Below, one piece after another: positions 10,798-19,620 of a stretch of 64,000 nucleotides of DNA (within the stretch, counting starts at the first letter, position 1; every line of letters starts with the position of its first letter). The notes under the pieces are model-generated. The model was given only the letters and a program-made list of their open reading frames with translations. It did not search any database and was not told where the DNA came from. The stretch is from an uncultured Bacilli bacterium (GTDB lineage Bacteria > Bacillota_I > Bacilli_A > RF39 > UBA660). A program made the translations under genes and the position numbers. The stretch lies in NCBI GenBank assembly GCA_947631155.1, contig CANRKG010000005.1:629-64628 (forward strand), read 5' to 3'.

Positions 10798-10826
10798 TTG
10801 CTATTATATAAAATTAGTGATAAAAT
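10798..10826 (+). promoter_or_regulatory. Sigma-A-like promoter of the ireB-ruvX-mltG operon
   Basis: TTGCTA, 17-nt spacer, TAAAAT, with TGA immediately upstream (extended -10). Confidence 0.5.
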
Positions 10827-10857
10827 AGAATTAATATGATGCTAAAGAGGTGTTGTT

Positions 10858-11112
10858 ATGGATAATCAAAAAACTACATTATTTGAAATCATAGATACAG
10901 AAGTATTAGAAACAAAAAAAATATTAGCAGAAGTTTATGGCATCTTAAAAGAAAGAGGATATAATCCAACTAATCAGTTAGTTGGCTACTTGATTAGTGG
11001 AGACCCTGGTTATATTTCTAGTTATAAAGATGCTAGAAATAAAATTCAAAAAATTGATAGGACTAAGATAATAGAAGTTTTGCTAGCTAATTTTCAAGGA
11101 CAATTAAAATGA
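10858..11112 (+). CDS. ireB: IreB family regulatory phosphoprotein (UPF0297/DUF965)
   Basis: 84 aa with YNPTNQLVGYLISGDPGYISSYKDARNKI. Position matches B. subtilis yrzL, upstream of ruvX. Confidence 0.8.
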   Translation: MDNQKTTLFEIIDTEVLETKKILAEVYGILKERGYNPTNQLVGYLISGDPGYISSYKDARNKIQKIDRTKIIEVLLANFQGQLK

Positions 11113-11525
11113 GATTTTTAGGATTAGATTTAGGATCTAAGACATTGGGCATGGCAACTTCTGATTTAACGGGAACTATCGCTACTTCGTATAAAACGAT
11201 TAGACATCAGGAAAATTATAATCAATTAATTGAAGAAATAGTAAAAGTTGTTGATCAAGAAAATATCGAGGCTATTGTTTTAGGCTTTCCTAAAAATATG
11301 GATAATACAATTGGACCCAAGGGAGAACTTAGTATAAAGTTACAAGAAAAATTGAAAAGCAAACTTAATATTCCAATTTATTTACAAGACGAACGACTTA
11401 CTACGAGACAAGCCGAGAATATTTTGATAGACAATAATACTTCTAGAAAAAAAAGAAAAAAAGTTATTGATTCTATGGCAGCGACAATTATATTGCAATC
11501 ATTTTTAGATAAGAAAGGGAGATAA
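11109..11525 (+). CDS. ruvX: Holliday junction resolvase-like protein RuvX/YqgF
   Basis: LGLDLGSKTLGMA N-terminus and DERLTT motif. ATGA overlap with ireB. Confidence 0.88.
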   Translation: MRFLGLDLGSKTLGMATSDLTGTIATSYKTIRHQENYNQLIEEIVKVVDQENIEAIVLGFPKNMDNTIGPKGELSIKLQEKLKSKLNIPIYLQDERLTTRQAENILIDNNTSRKKRKKVIDSMAATIILQSFLDKKGR

Positions 11526-11527
11526 TA

Positions 11528-11821
11528 GTGAAAAAAAATACTTTTACCATGATTGATCAAAATGGAAATGAAATATTATATTATGTATTATTTACATTTG
11601 AAAGTGAAGAAACAAATAAAAATTATATAGTTTATACTGATCAAAGTAAAGATGAAAATGGAAACATTCAAGTTTTTGCATCTATCTATGATCCAGAAAA
11701 TCCTAATTCTAAATTAGAAGCAATTACTACTGATAGAGAATGGAAAGTAATTGAAACTATATTAGAAACACTACAAGAAGAAATTAAGAAAAAACAAGAA
11801 CAACCTAATGATGAGCAATAA
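11528..11821 (+). CDS. DUF1292 family protein (YrzB-like)
   Basis: Small acidic protein. Size, sequence style and synteny after ruvX fit YrzB. GTG start after GGGAGA. Confidence 0.7.
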   Translation: MKKNTFTMIDQNGNEILYYVLFTFESEETNKNYIVYTDQSKDENGNIQVFASIYDPENPNSKLEAITTDREWKVIETILETLQEEIKKKQEQPNDEQ

Positions 11822-11847
11822 GCTCATATTTTTCTGGAGGAAAGTGA

Positions 11848-12930
11848 ATGACTAAAAGAAAATTAAAGACAAAAATAAAAGTTTTACTAATTAGTATTAT
11901 AGTTCTTATTATAGTATTAGTAAGTGCTTTTTTTACTTATATATATTTAGAAAGTCCTGTGGATAAAAATCAGGATACCTATGTACAATTAACAGTTAAT
12001 AAAGGAGCATCAACTAAAGAAATTGCTAAACTATTAAAGGAAAATACCTTAATTAAAAGTGAATTATTATTTGAATTATTAGCAAGATTTAATAAAAATA
12101 CCTTAAAAGCTGCAACTTATCAACTTCAAAGAAGTATGTCATCTAAACAAATATTGGATATATTGACAGATGGAAGTATATATGATCCAGATATTATTAG
12201 AATTACATTTTTGGAGGGTAATAGTATAACCCAATATGCTCAAACTATTGCGACTAAAACAGATCATACATATGATGAAGTTATTAAAGTAATGAATGAT
12301 AAAGAATATTTAAAAACTTTAATTAGTAAATATTGGTTTCTAACAGATGAAATTTTGAATCCTAATATTTATTATCCGTTGGAAGGTTATTTATCTCCTA
12401 ATACTTACGAATTTCAAAATAAACAAGTTGCAATAGAAAAAATAATTGAAACAATGCTAAGTCAAACGGATGTAGAATTAGAACCATATAAAGATAAAAT
12501 TACAGGTGAAAACACAGTTCATAAATTTTTAACAATGGCTTCTGTGGTTGAGTTAGAAGGAATTAAGCCAGAAGATAGAAAGATGATTGTAGGTGTTTTT
12601 AACAATCGTATAAATTTAGGAATGAATATGGGTAGTGATGTTACAACATATTATGCTTTACAAAAATCTATGACAGCAGATTTAACCGTTGATGAATTTC
12701 AAACTAAAAATTTATATAATACTAGGGCTGCAGATATGGGGGGTAAATTACCAATTGGACCAATTTGTAATCCATCTACTTCATCAATAGAGGCAAGCTT
12801 TCAGCCAGAAGATAATGATTATTTGTTTTTTGTAGCAGATAAAAATGGTAAAGTATATTATAATAAGACAGAACAAGAACATTTTCAAACAATTAGTGAA
12901 ATAAAAGAAGCAGGAGATTGGATATGGTAG
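11848..12930 (+). CDS. mltG: Endolytic murein transglycosylase MltG (YceG family)
   Basis: N-terminal TM segment, YceG-like core (LEGYLSPNTYEF, YNTR, LPIGPICNPS). Confidence 0.88.
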   Translation: MTKRKLKTKIKVLLISIIVLIIVLVSAFFTYIYLESPVDKNQDTYVQLTVNKGASTKEIAKLLKENTLIKSELLFELLARFNKNTLKAATYQLQRSMSSKQILDILTDGSIYDPDIIRITFLEGNSITQYAQTIATKTDHTYDEVIKVMNDKEYLKTLISKYWFLTDEILNPNIYYPLEGYLSPNTYEFQNKQVAIEKIIETMLSQTDVELEPYKDKITGENTVHKFLTMASVVELEGIKPEDRKMIVGVFNNRINLGMNMGSDVTTYYALQKSMTADLTVDEFQTKNLYNTRAADMGGKLPIGPICNPSTSSIEASFQPEDNDYLFFVADKNGKVYYNKTEQEHFQTISEIKEAGDWIW

Positions 12931-13520
12931 AATTAGACTATGAAGAAATAAAAAATATAAAGTTATATGCTCAAAAAAATAATGTTCCAATTATGCAAGA
13001 TGAAGGAATCTCTTTTTTAACTACTTTTATAATAAAAAATAAAATCAAGAGTGTTTTAGAAATAGGTACAGCAATTGGTTATTCAGCTATTATGATGGCT
13101 TTAGCTAATCCCTTATTAAAAATAACTTCTGTTGAACGAGACGAAAAAAGATATCTTGAAGCTTTAAATAATGTTAAAAAATTAAATTTAGAAGATAGAA
13201 TTACATTAATATTTAAAGATGCAACTGATTTAACTTTAGATGAAAAATTTGATTTAGTTTTCTTAGATGCTGCCAAAGCTCAAAATACTAACTTCTTTAA
13301 GTCTTTTTCTCGTAATCTAAACGATAACGGCTTTATTATAACAGACAATTTAGATTTTCATGGTTTTGTTAATCAGCCTGAGTCAGAAATTAAAAGTAAA
13401 AATGTTAGAGCCATTGTTAGGAAAATAAAAGAATATATTGATTTTCTAGAACAAAATGAAGCTTTTGAAACTAATTTTTATAAAGTTGGTGATGGAGTTT
13501 CTGTTAGTAGGAAAAAGTAA
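12924..13520 (+). CDS. trmR: Class I SAM-dependent O-methyltransferase, YrrM/TrmR-like
   Basis: VLEIGTAIGYSAIMMA (motif I) and VFLDAAKAQ. Synteny matches yrrM after mltG. ATG 12924 lies 7 nt after AGGAG, whereas the 12918 TTG is too close to the SD. Confidence 0.75.
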   Translation: MVELDYEEIKNIKLYAQKNNVPIMQDEGISFLTTFIIKNKIKSVLEIGTAIGYSAIMMALANPLLKITSVERDEKRYLEALNNVKKLNLEDRITLIFKDATDLTLDEKFDLVFLDAAKAQNTNFFKSFSRNLNDNGFIITDNLDFHGFVNQPESEIKSKNVRAIVRKIKEYIDFLEQNEAFETNFYKVGDGVSVSRKK

Positions 13521-13603
13521 AAAAATGTATACAAATATTAAAAAACTTTGAATATAAGTTTTTTTTTGATATACTAATTTTGAGAAATAAATGGGAGGCC
13601 AAA

Positions 13604-14374
13604 ATGAGTCATAGCTTTAAATTAGAAAATAATAGTAATAAATCTAATAAAATAAAAAGTGATTATTCATTGTTTTATATGATAGCATTTATTATTATTG
13701 CTATAGTATGTTTCGTTGTTTATTTCATTATGATAAATAATAATCCTACTATAAGTGTAAGTAAAAATGATGTAGATAAGTCCTATGTTTATACAGCAAA
13801 GAAAGAAAAAAGTAAAAATGAAGATACTTATAATAAAATACCAGCAATTAATTTAAAAGGTTCTAAGTATGAACAATTAAATAAAGATATTATGGAACAA
13901 TATGAAAAAGTATCTACAAATGATAATTTTGTTGATTATACTTATGAATTTAATCAGAGTGATGATATTTTATCATTAGTTACAGAGTATACATATTATC
14001 CAGAAAAATCAGTATATCCTATAATCAATTTTAATACTTATAATATTGATTTAAGTAAGGATCAAATTTTAACAGAAGATCAATTGTTAGATCGATATAA
14101 TGTTGAAAGAAAGCAAATTAAAACTTATCTCGAAGCAAAATTCAAGTTATATTATAAAGAGATTGTTGCTAATGGTTTTTATACTAAAAAGCAGTGTGAT
14201 TATGACTGCTTTCTTAAAAATAGGGGAATTACTGAAAATTATTTAGATAGTACTAGTTTGTATGTAGATAAAGGTGATTTAACTTTATTTAAATATTTTT
14301 ACTTTGATTCTATCTATGATGAAAGACAATATTTTAAGGATTTTTCTTACCAATTTTTAATAAAAAAGAGGTGA
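13604..14374 (+). CDS. Hypothetical membrane-anchored extracytoplasmic protein (DUF3298/RsiV-C-like pattern, tentative)
   Basis: One TM segment (YMIAFIIIAIVCFVVYFIMI). ATG 13604 follows GGGAGG. Domain resemblance was judged by eye only. Confidence 0.55.
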   Translation: MSHSFKLENNSNKSNKIKSDYSLFYMIAFIIIAIVCFVVYFIMINNNPTISVSKNDVDKSYVYTAKKEKSKNEDTYNKIPAINLKGSKYEQLNKDIMEQYEKVSTNDNFVDYTYEFNQSDDILSLVTEYTYYPEKSVYPIINFNTYNIDLSKDQILTEDQLLDRYNVERKQIKTYLEAKFKLYYKEIVANGFYTKKQCDYDCFLKNRGITENYLDSTSLYVDKGDLTLFKYFYFDSIYDERQYFKDFSYQFLIKKR

Positions 14375-14378
14375 TATA

Positions 14379-15218
14379 ATGAATATATTTCAAATCTTAG
14401 AGACAACCTGTTCTACCGATGTAAGTAGTTGTTGTAGTGATTATGGAATAGCGATGTTTCTTTATGTATTGAAACAAGCTCTTACTTTAATACAATTTGC
14501 AGTACCAATAATATTAATAGTAATGGGTGTTGTCCAATTGACAAAAATGATGATCACACCAGATGATAAAAAATCTATGAAATCATTAATAAACAAATTT
14601 ATTGCTGCTATTTTTATATTTTTTACTCCTTTGATTATTAATTTGATTTTAACGGCTTTATCTGAAGCAGGAACAAGTTTTGAAGTTGCTTCATGTTGGG
14701 AGTCTGCCGAAGGAATTGCTGAAGGAATGAAAAATGGTCCTAAGTATACTGTTAAACATACAGATAAAAGAGTTAAAGTTTTTAACACAGAAAAATATGC
14801 AATTATTAAAGAAAAAGATGTAGAAGAAGGAAAAGCAACTTCTGCTGATAGTTCTTCAACTGCTGGCCAAAAAATAGTAGATTATGCTCTACAATTTGTA
14901 GGAAATCCCTATGTATGGAAAGGTGCTTCTTTAACTAGTGGTTGTGATTGCTCTCATTTTGTTTATTTAGTATTAAAGGATGTTGGAGCTTATGATGGTG
15001 ATTATAAAACATCATCAAATTGGGCTGGACTAGGCAAAGAAGTAAAGGGTGGTCTAAAGAATGCTCAGGCAGGAGATGTCGTTGTTTATAGTGGACATGT
15101 TGGAATTTATGATGGAAAAAAATATTTAATTGAAGCAAAAAGTTCAAAAGAAGGAATAACTCATAATAGAAGACCAGAAGATCGTTCAGGACTTATAGCG
15201 GTTAGACGTTTTGTATAG
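14379..15218 (+). CDS. NlpC/P60 cell-wall hydrolase with N-terminal VirB2-like two-TM hairpin domain
   Basis: The C-terminus has the NlpC/P60 Cys (GCDCSHFVYLVL) and His (YSGHVGIYDG). The N-terminal 100 aa are paralogous to ORFs 49221 and 49678 (VPIILIVMG..ITPDDKKSMKSLINKFIAAIFIFF). Confidence 0.8.
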   Translation: MNIFQILETTCSTDVSSCCSDYGIAMFLYVLKQALTLIQFAVPIILIVMGVVQLTKMMITPDDKKSMKSLINKFIAAIFIFFTPLIINLILTALSEAGTSFEVASCWESAEGIAEGMKNGPKYTVKHTDKRVKVFNTEKYAIIKEKDVEEGKATSADSSSTAGQKIVDYALQFVGNPYVWKGASLTSGCDCSHFVYLVLKDVGAYDGDYKTSSNWAGLGKEVKGGLKNAQAGDVVVYSGHVGIYDGKKYLIEAKSSKEGITHNRRPEDRSGLIAVRRFV

Positions 15219-15221
15219 ATT

Positions 15222-15250
15222 AAGAAAGATCAGCATCTTTCTTTTTTTTT
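15222..15250 (+). terminator. Rho-independent terminator
   Basis: 9-bp stem aagaaagat/atctttctt, 4-nt loop cagc, then a T-run. Confidence 0.75.
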
Positions 15251-15283
15251 GCTAATGAGATATAATACAGACGAGGTGTTTTT

Positions 15284-16162
15284 ATGAAAGCTATCGTAAA
15301 ACCTACTAAATTAAATTTAGATGAATATATAAAAATTGGTATTATAAACTTTTTACTACCTTTAGAAGATTATGCCGTAGAATATACTAATTATTATAGT
15401 TTAGAAGATATCAAAGCGATTAGAAAAAAATATCCAAAAATTTCTATCTTTATTAGTTTAAACAAAAGTTTATTAAATAGAGAAATTGAAGATATAAAAA
15501 CAATTTTATTGAAACTAGATACATTGAATATACAAGGTATTTTTTACTATGATGTAGCAATATTAAATTTAAAAAGGCAACTTAATTTAAAAACAGACTT
15601 AGTATGGAGTCAAACCCATATGGTTACTAATTATAAGACTTGTAATTATTACTATGATAAAGGAGTTAAGTATTGTTTATTATCTAAAGAGATTACGAAA
15701 GAAGAAATATTAGAAATTTGTGATAAAACTAAATTAACTCCAATTGTAGAATTAATATCTTATCCAACAGTAGCTTTTTCTAAAAGAAAGTTAGTTACTA
15801 ATTACTATAAAGATGCTAAATTAAAGCCTACTAAACAATTAAATATTATAGAAACAAAATCTAAACAACCTTATCTTTTAGTTGAAGATAGAAATGGGGT
15901 TAGTTTTATATCTAAAAAATTAGTTAATGGATCCAAAATTTTACGGTTCTTATTAAAAAAGAATATTCAATATATTTTATTAAAGGAAGATTTAATTAAT
16001 CATGAGATTTTCTTACAATGTTTAGAGAATATAGTATATTATATTGAAAACTATCAAAAAATGTCTAATTTGGATGATAAGTTATGGTTAGAAAAACAAA
16101 ATGAGCTTTTAGGAAGAAATACAAATTTCCTTTATAGAAGAACAATTTATAGGGTGAAGTAG
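15284..16162 (+). CDS. Peptidase U32 family protein, YrrN-like
   Basis: Assigned mainly from size and synteny, directly upstream of the YrrO-like U32 gene. It lacks the canonical U32 Cys signature. Confidence 0.6.
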   Translation: MKAIVKPTKLNLDEYIKIGIINFLLPLEDYAVEYTNYYSLEDIKAIRKKYPKISIFISLNKSLLNREIEDIKTILLKLDTLNIQGIFYYDVAILNLKRQLNLKTDLVWSQTHMVTNYKTCNYYYDKGVKYCLLSKEITKEEILEICDKTKLTPIVELISYPTVAFSKRKLVTNYYKDAKLKPTKQLNIIETKSKQPYLLVEDRNGVSFISKKLVNGSKILRFLLKKNIQYILLKEDLINHEIFLQCLENIVYYIENYQKMSNLDDKLWLEKQNELLGRNTNFLYRRTIYRVK

Positions 16163-17344
16163 ATGGAAAAAATAGAATTATTGGCTCCAGCTGGCGATAT
16201 GGAGCGCTTAAAAATTAACTTGTTGTATGGTGCTGATGCCGTTTATATTGGTGGAAAAAAATATGGCTTACGTGCTAATGCTACTAACTTTTCAATATTC
16301 CAAATAAAAGAAGCCTGTAGTTTTGCACATAAATTGGGGAAAAAAGTATATTTAACTCTTAATATAGTTTTTCATAATGATGATATGAAAGATGTCGAAA
16401 CCTATATCAACGATGTCGTTGCTGCAGGAATTGATGCTTTTATTGTAAGTGATCCATTTATTATTTCATATATTAAAGAAAATTATAAAAATGTTGAAGT
16501 TCATCTTTCTACTCAAAATTCTACTTCTAACTATGAAGCAGTTAACTTTTTTAAACAAGAAGGAGTGGATAGAGTCGTTTTAGCTAGAGAGTTATCTTTA
16601 GAAGAAATAAAAACTATAATAGAAAAAACTAAAATTGATATTGAAGTATTTATTCATGGAGCGATGTGTACTTGTTATTCAGGAAGATGTGCTTTATCAA
16701 ATTATATAACTAATAGAGATGCTAATCGTGGAGGTTGTGCCCAAGTTTGTAGATTTAATTTTTTAACAGATAACAAAGATTTTACGATGGCTACTAAAGA
16801 TTTAAATGCCTGTAGATATATTAAAGATATGATAGAGCTTGGTGTTAGAAGTTTAAAAGTTGAAGGTAGAATGCGCTCTATTTATTATTTAGCAACAGTT
16901 ATTGGTACATATCGGAAAATAATAGATGCTATTTATGATAATAACTTAACAGAAGAGTTTTTAAAAGAACAAGAACAAATTTTGTCAAAAGTTGCTAACA
17001 GAGAAACATCAACTCATTACCTGACTAAAGAAGCTGATGAAACTGATCAGTATTATACAGGACGAGTTGAAATATCGAATCAAGACTATTTAGGACAAGT
17101 AATAAAGTATGATAAAAAGAATAAATTAATAAAAATATATGAAAGAAATTATTTTGAAATAGGAGATAAAGTTGAATTATTTACTCCTAAAGGACAAGTT
17201 ATTCCATTTACAGTGGAAAAATTATATGATGAAAAAATGAATCCAGTAGAGATAGCAAGACATCCAGATAATATTTATTATTTATATCTAGATACTTCAG
17301 TTGACATTTTAAAATATTCCATGATAAGATTAATGACAAAATAA
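16163..17344 (+). CDS. Peptidase U32 family protein, YrrO-like (TrhP-type, tRNA ho5U-associated family)
   Basis: U32 signature EVFIHGAMCTCYSGRCALS. Synteny matches the yrrM-yrrN-yrrO block. Confidence 0.85.
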   Translation: MEKIELLAPAGDMERLKINLLYGADAVYIGGKKYGLRANATNFSIFQIKEACSFAHKLGKKVYLTLNIVFHNDDMKDVETYINDVVAAGIDAFIVSDPFIISYIKENYKNVEVHLSTQNSTSNYEAVNFFKQEGVDRVVLARELSLEEIKTIIEKTKIDIEVFIHGAMCTCYSGRCALSNYITNRDANRGGCAQVCRFNFLTDNKDFTMATKDLNACRYIKDMIELGVRSLKVEGRMRSIYYLATVIGTYRKIIDAIYDNNLTEEFLKEQEQILSKVANRETSTHYLTKEADETDQYYTGRVEISNQDYLGQVIKYDKKNKLIKIYERNYFEIGDKVELFTPKGQVIPFTVEKLYDEKMNPVEIARHPDNIYYLYLDTSVDILKYSMIRLMTK

Positions 17345-17367
17345 TTAAATTAATAGGAGGTTATTTT

Positions 17368-17754
17368 ATGTATTATAAATTAAATATATACTATACATTT
17401 GAAGATACAGTTTTTTCTAAAACTGCTATTGTATCTAAGACAAAAAGGGGTATTAGAGAAATTATAACTAAAACTAAAATTCCTGTAGTAGATAATATGT
17501 TTGATGTTAGTTATGTAAGTAAAAAATATAATCTTTTTACTTATGATCGTGATATTACTAATTCGTCTCCAGCAACAGAAAAAGAAATTAATATCTATAT
17601 TGATACTTTTAATGAAAATCCTTCGTACGTTAACTCTTTTTTAAAAAAACAACAACAAAAGCAAGAAGAAAAAGAATATAAGAAACAACAAAGAATAATA
17701 AATAAAAAAGTAAAACAAAAAATAAAAGCGGCTAGAACAACATATTTTAAGTAA
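17368..17754 (+). CDS. Hypothetical protein with K/Q-rich C-terminus
   Basis: Strong RBS AGGAGG. No recognisable domain. Confidence 0.5.
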   Translation: MYYKLNIYYTFEDTVFSKTAIVSKTKRGIREIITKTKIPVVDNMFDVSYVSKKYNLFTYDRDITNSSPATEKEINIYIDTFNENPSYVNSFLKKQQQKQEEKEYKKQQRIINKKVKQKIKAARTTYFK

Positions 17755-17767
17755 AGGAAGTATTAGG

Positions 17768-18895
17768 ATGACTAATTTAGAACAAGCAAAACTTAATTTT
17801 TTGAACAAAGAGACTAATTTATCTAAATATGCTACTAAAAGTAGTGATGCTATTCGCATAAAAAAAATTAATGATGATATTAGAACGCCATATTTTAGAG
17901 ATATAGATAGAATAATTCACTCATTAAGTTATACTAGATATATTGATAAAACACAGGTGTATTCTTTTAAAGATAATGATCATATTTCAAAGAGAATGAT
18001 TCATGTTCAATTGGTATCTAAAATTGCTAGAACAATAGGACGATCTTTAAGATTAAATGAAGATTTAATTGAAGCCATTGCCCTGGGTCATGATATTGGA
18101 CATACTCCGTTAGGGCATGCTGGAGAAGCTATGCTAAATGAAATTTCTAAACAGGAATTAAATGAATATTTTGCACATAATATTCAAGGAGTTAGAAATT
18201 TAATGTATGTTGATAATAATGGTAACGGTCAAAATCTGACTCTGCAAACTTTAGATGGTGTATTTTGTCATAATGGAGAAATGGTTTGTGAAAAATATGA
18301 ACCCCTAAAAAAAGACTTAAAAGAGTTTATGCGAGAGTATGAAGAAGGATATATTGATTTAAAAAAATCTAAAAAATATGCGCCTATGACTTTAGAAGGT
18401 TGTGTCGTTAGAATATCTGATGTCATAGGATACATAGGTAGGGATATAGAAGACTCTATTAATTTGGGTTTGTTTAAAAGAAAAGATATACCTAAGAGTA
18501 TTTCTAAAGTATTAGGTAACAATAATCATGATATTATTAATACTATTATAACAGATATTATTAATGAAAGTATGGATAAACCATATATTAAAATGAGTAA
18601 AGAAGTGTTTAATGCTGTTTTTGAATTAAAGAAATTTAATTATGAAAATATTTACAAAAAATCAATGTCTGAGGCGGATTATGAATATTATAATCAGGGA
18701 ATGAAAAAAATTTATAATATTTATTTAGAGGCAATAAAGAAAAATGATCAAGAAAATATCATTTATAAAATCTTTTTAAATAGTCAAAGTACGGAGTATT
18801 TAAAAAATACTAATGATAAACGCAAGGTGATTGATTTTATTAGTGGTATGACTGATGAAATGTTTTTACATCAGATAAAAATTTGGTATAAATAG
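17768..18895 (+). CDS. HD-domain dNTP triphosphohydrolase-like protein (dGTPase family)
   Basis: HVQLVS...ALGHDIGHTPLGHAGE motif. Confidence 0.8.
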   Translation: MTNLEQAKLNFLNKETNLSKYATKSSDAIRIKKINDDIRTPYFRDIDRIIHSLSYTRYIDKTQVYSFKDNDHISKRMIHVQLVSKIARTIGRSLRLNEDLIEAIALGHDIGHTPLGHAGEAMLNEISKQELNEYFAHNIQGVRNLMYVDNNGNGQNLTLQTLDGVFCHNGEMVCEKYEPLKKDLKEFMREYEEGYIDLKKSKKYAPMTLEGCVVRISDVIGYIGRDIEDSINLGLFKRKDIPKSISKVLGNNNHDIINTIITDIINESMDKPYIKMSKEVFNAVFELKKFNYENIYKKSMSEADYEYYNQGMKKIYNIYLEAIKKNDQENIIYKIFLNSQSTEYLKNTNDKRKVIDFISGMTDEMFLHQIKIWYK

Positions 18896-18904
18896 AGTTT
18901 AACA

Positions 18905-18933
18905 TTGACAAATAACAAAAAATGTAGTATTAT
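18905..18933 (+). promoter_or_regulatory. Sigma-A-like promoter of greA
   Basis: TTGACA, 17-nt spacer, TATTAT. Confidence 0.55.
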
Positions 18934-18966
18934 TTAAACCGTATTATGTTTGTGAGGTGAAAAACA

Positions 18967-19443
18967 ATGGCAAATAATAGTAAAACAGTTTATTTAACTC
19001 AAGAAGGTCTAGATGAATTAAAAAAAGAGTTAGATAATTTAATTAATGTAAAAAGACCTGAAAATATCCAATCTATAAAGGAAGCTAGAGCATTAGGAGA
19101 TTTATCAGAAAATGCAGATTATGATGCTGCGCGTGATGAACAAGCTCAAATAGAAGGAAGAATTAAGACTATTGAGAAAATGCTTGAAAATGTTTCTATT
19201 ATTACAAAGACTGATACTGATAAAGTAGCCTTAGGAACAACCGTTTCTATTAAATATGTAGATGATGAAGACGAAGATGATGAATATAAAATCGTTGGTA
19301 GTCAAGAAGCTGATCCTTTTGAAAGCAAAATATCTAACGAGTCTCCAATTGCAAAGGCTTTACTTAATCATAAAGTAGGAGATATTGTTACAGTTGAAAG
19401 TCCAAATGGATCATATCAAATAGAAATTACAGCAATTAGTTAA
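18967..19443 (+). CDS. greA: Transcription elongation factor GreA
   Basis: LTQEGLDELKKEL coiled-coil N-terminus, GDLSENADYDAA motif, and C-terminal FKBP-like domain. Confidence 0.92.
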   Translation: MANNSKTVYLTQEGLDELKKELDNLINVKRPENIQSIKEARALGDLSENADYDAARDEQAQIEGRIKTIEKMLENVSIITKTDTDKVALGTTVSIKYVDDEDEDDEYKIVGSQEADPFESKISNESPIAKALLNHKVGDIVTVESPNGSYQIEITAIS

Positions 19444-19620
19444 AAACTTATTAATAGGTGAATATGTATATGTAATATAAAGCACAGAGTCACTATTATG
19501 ATTTTGTGTTTTTTGTTTAAATGGAATATAAAAAAATAAGCTTTATTATTATTAATCTTGTAATTTATAGTTGTCTAAATAAATAATATAAGTTATAATA
19601 TAACGTGTTGGAGGGATAAA

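Noticed and set aside
19444-19620. Weak hairpins after greA (about 19480-19515), after tig (20909-20935) and near 21025-21050, considered as terminators.
   Set aside because: The stems are only 4-7 bp with mismatches or wobble pairs. They are not convincing enough to list as features.
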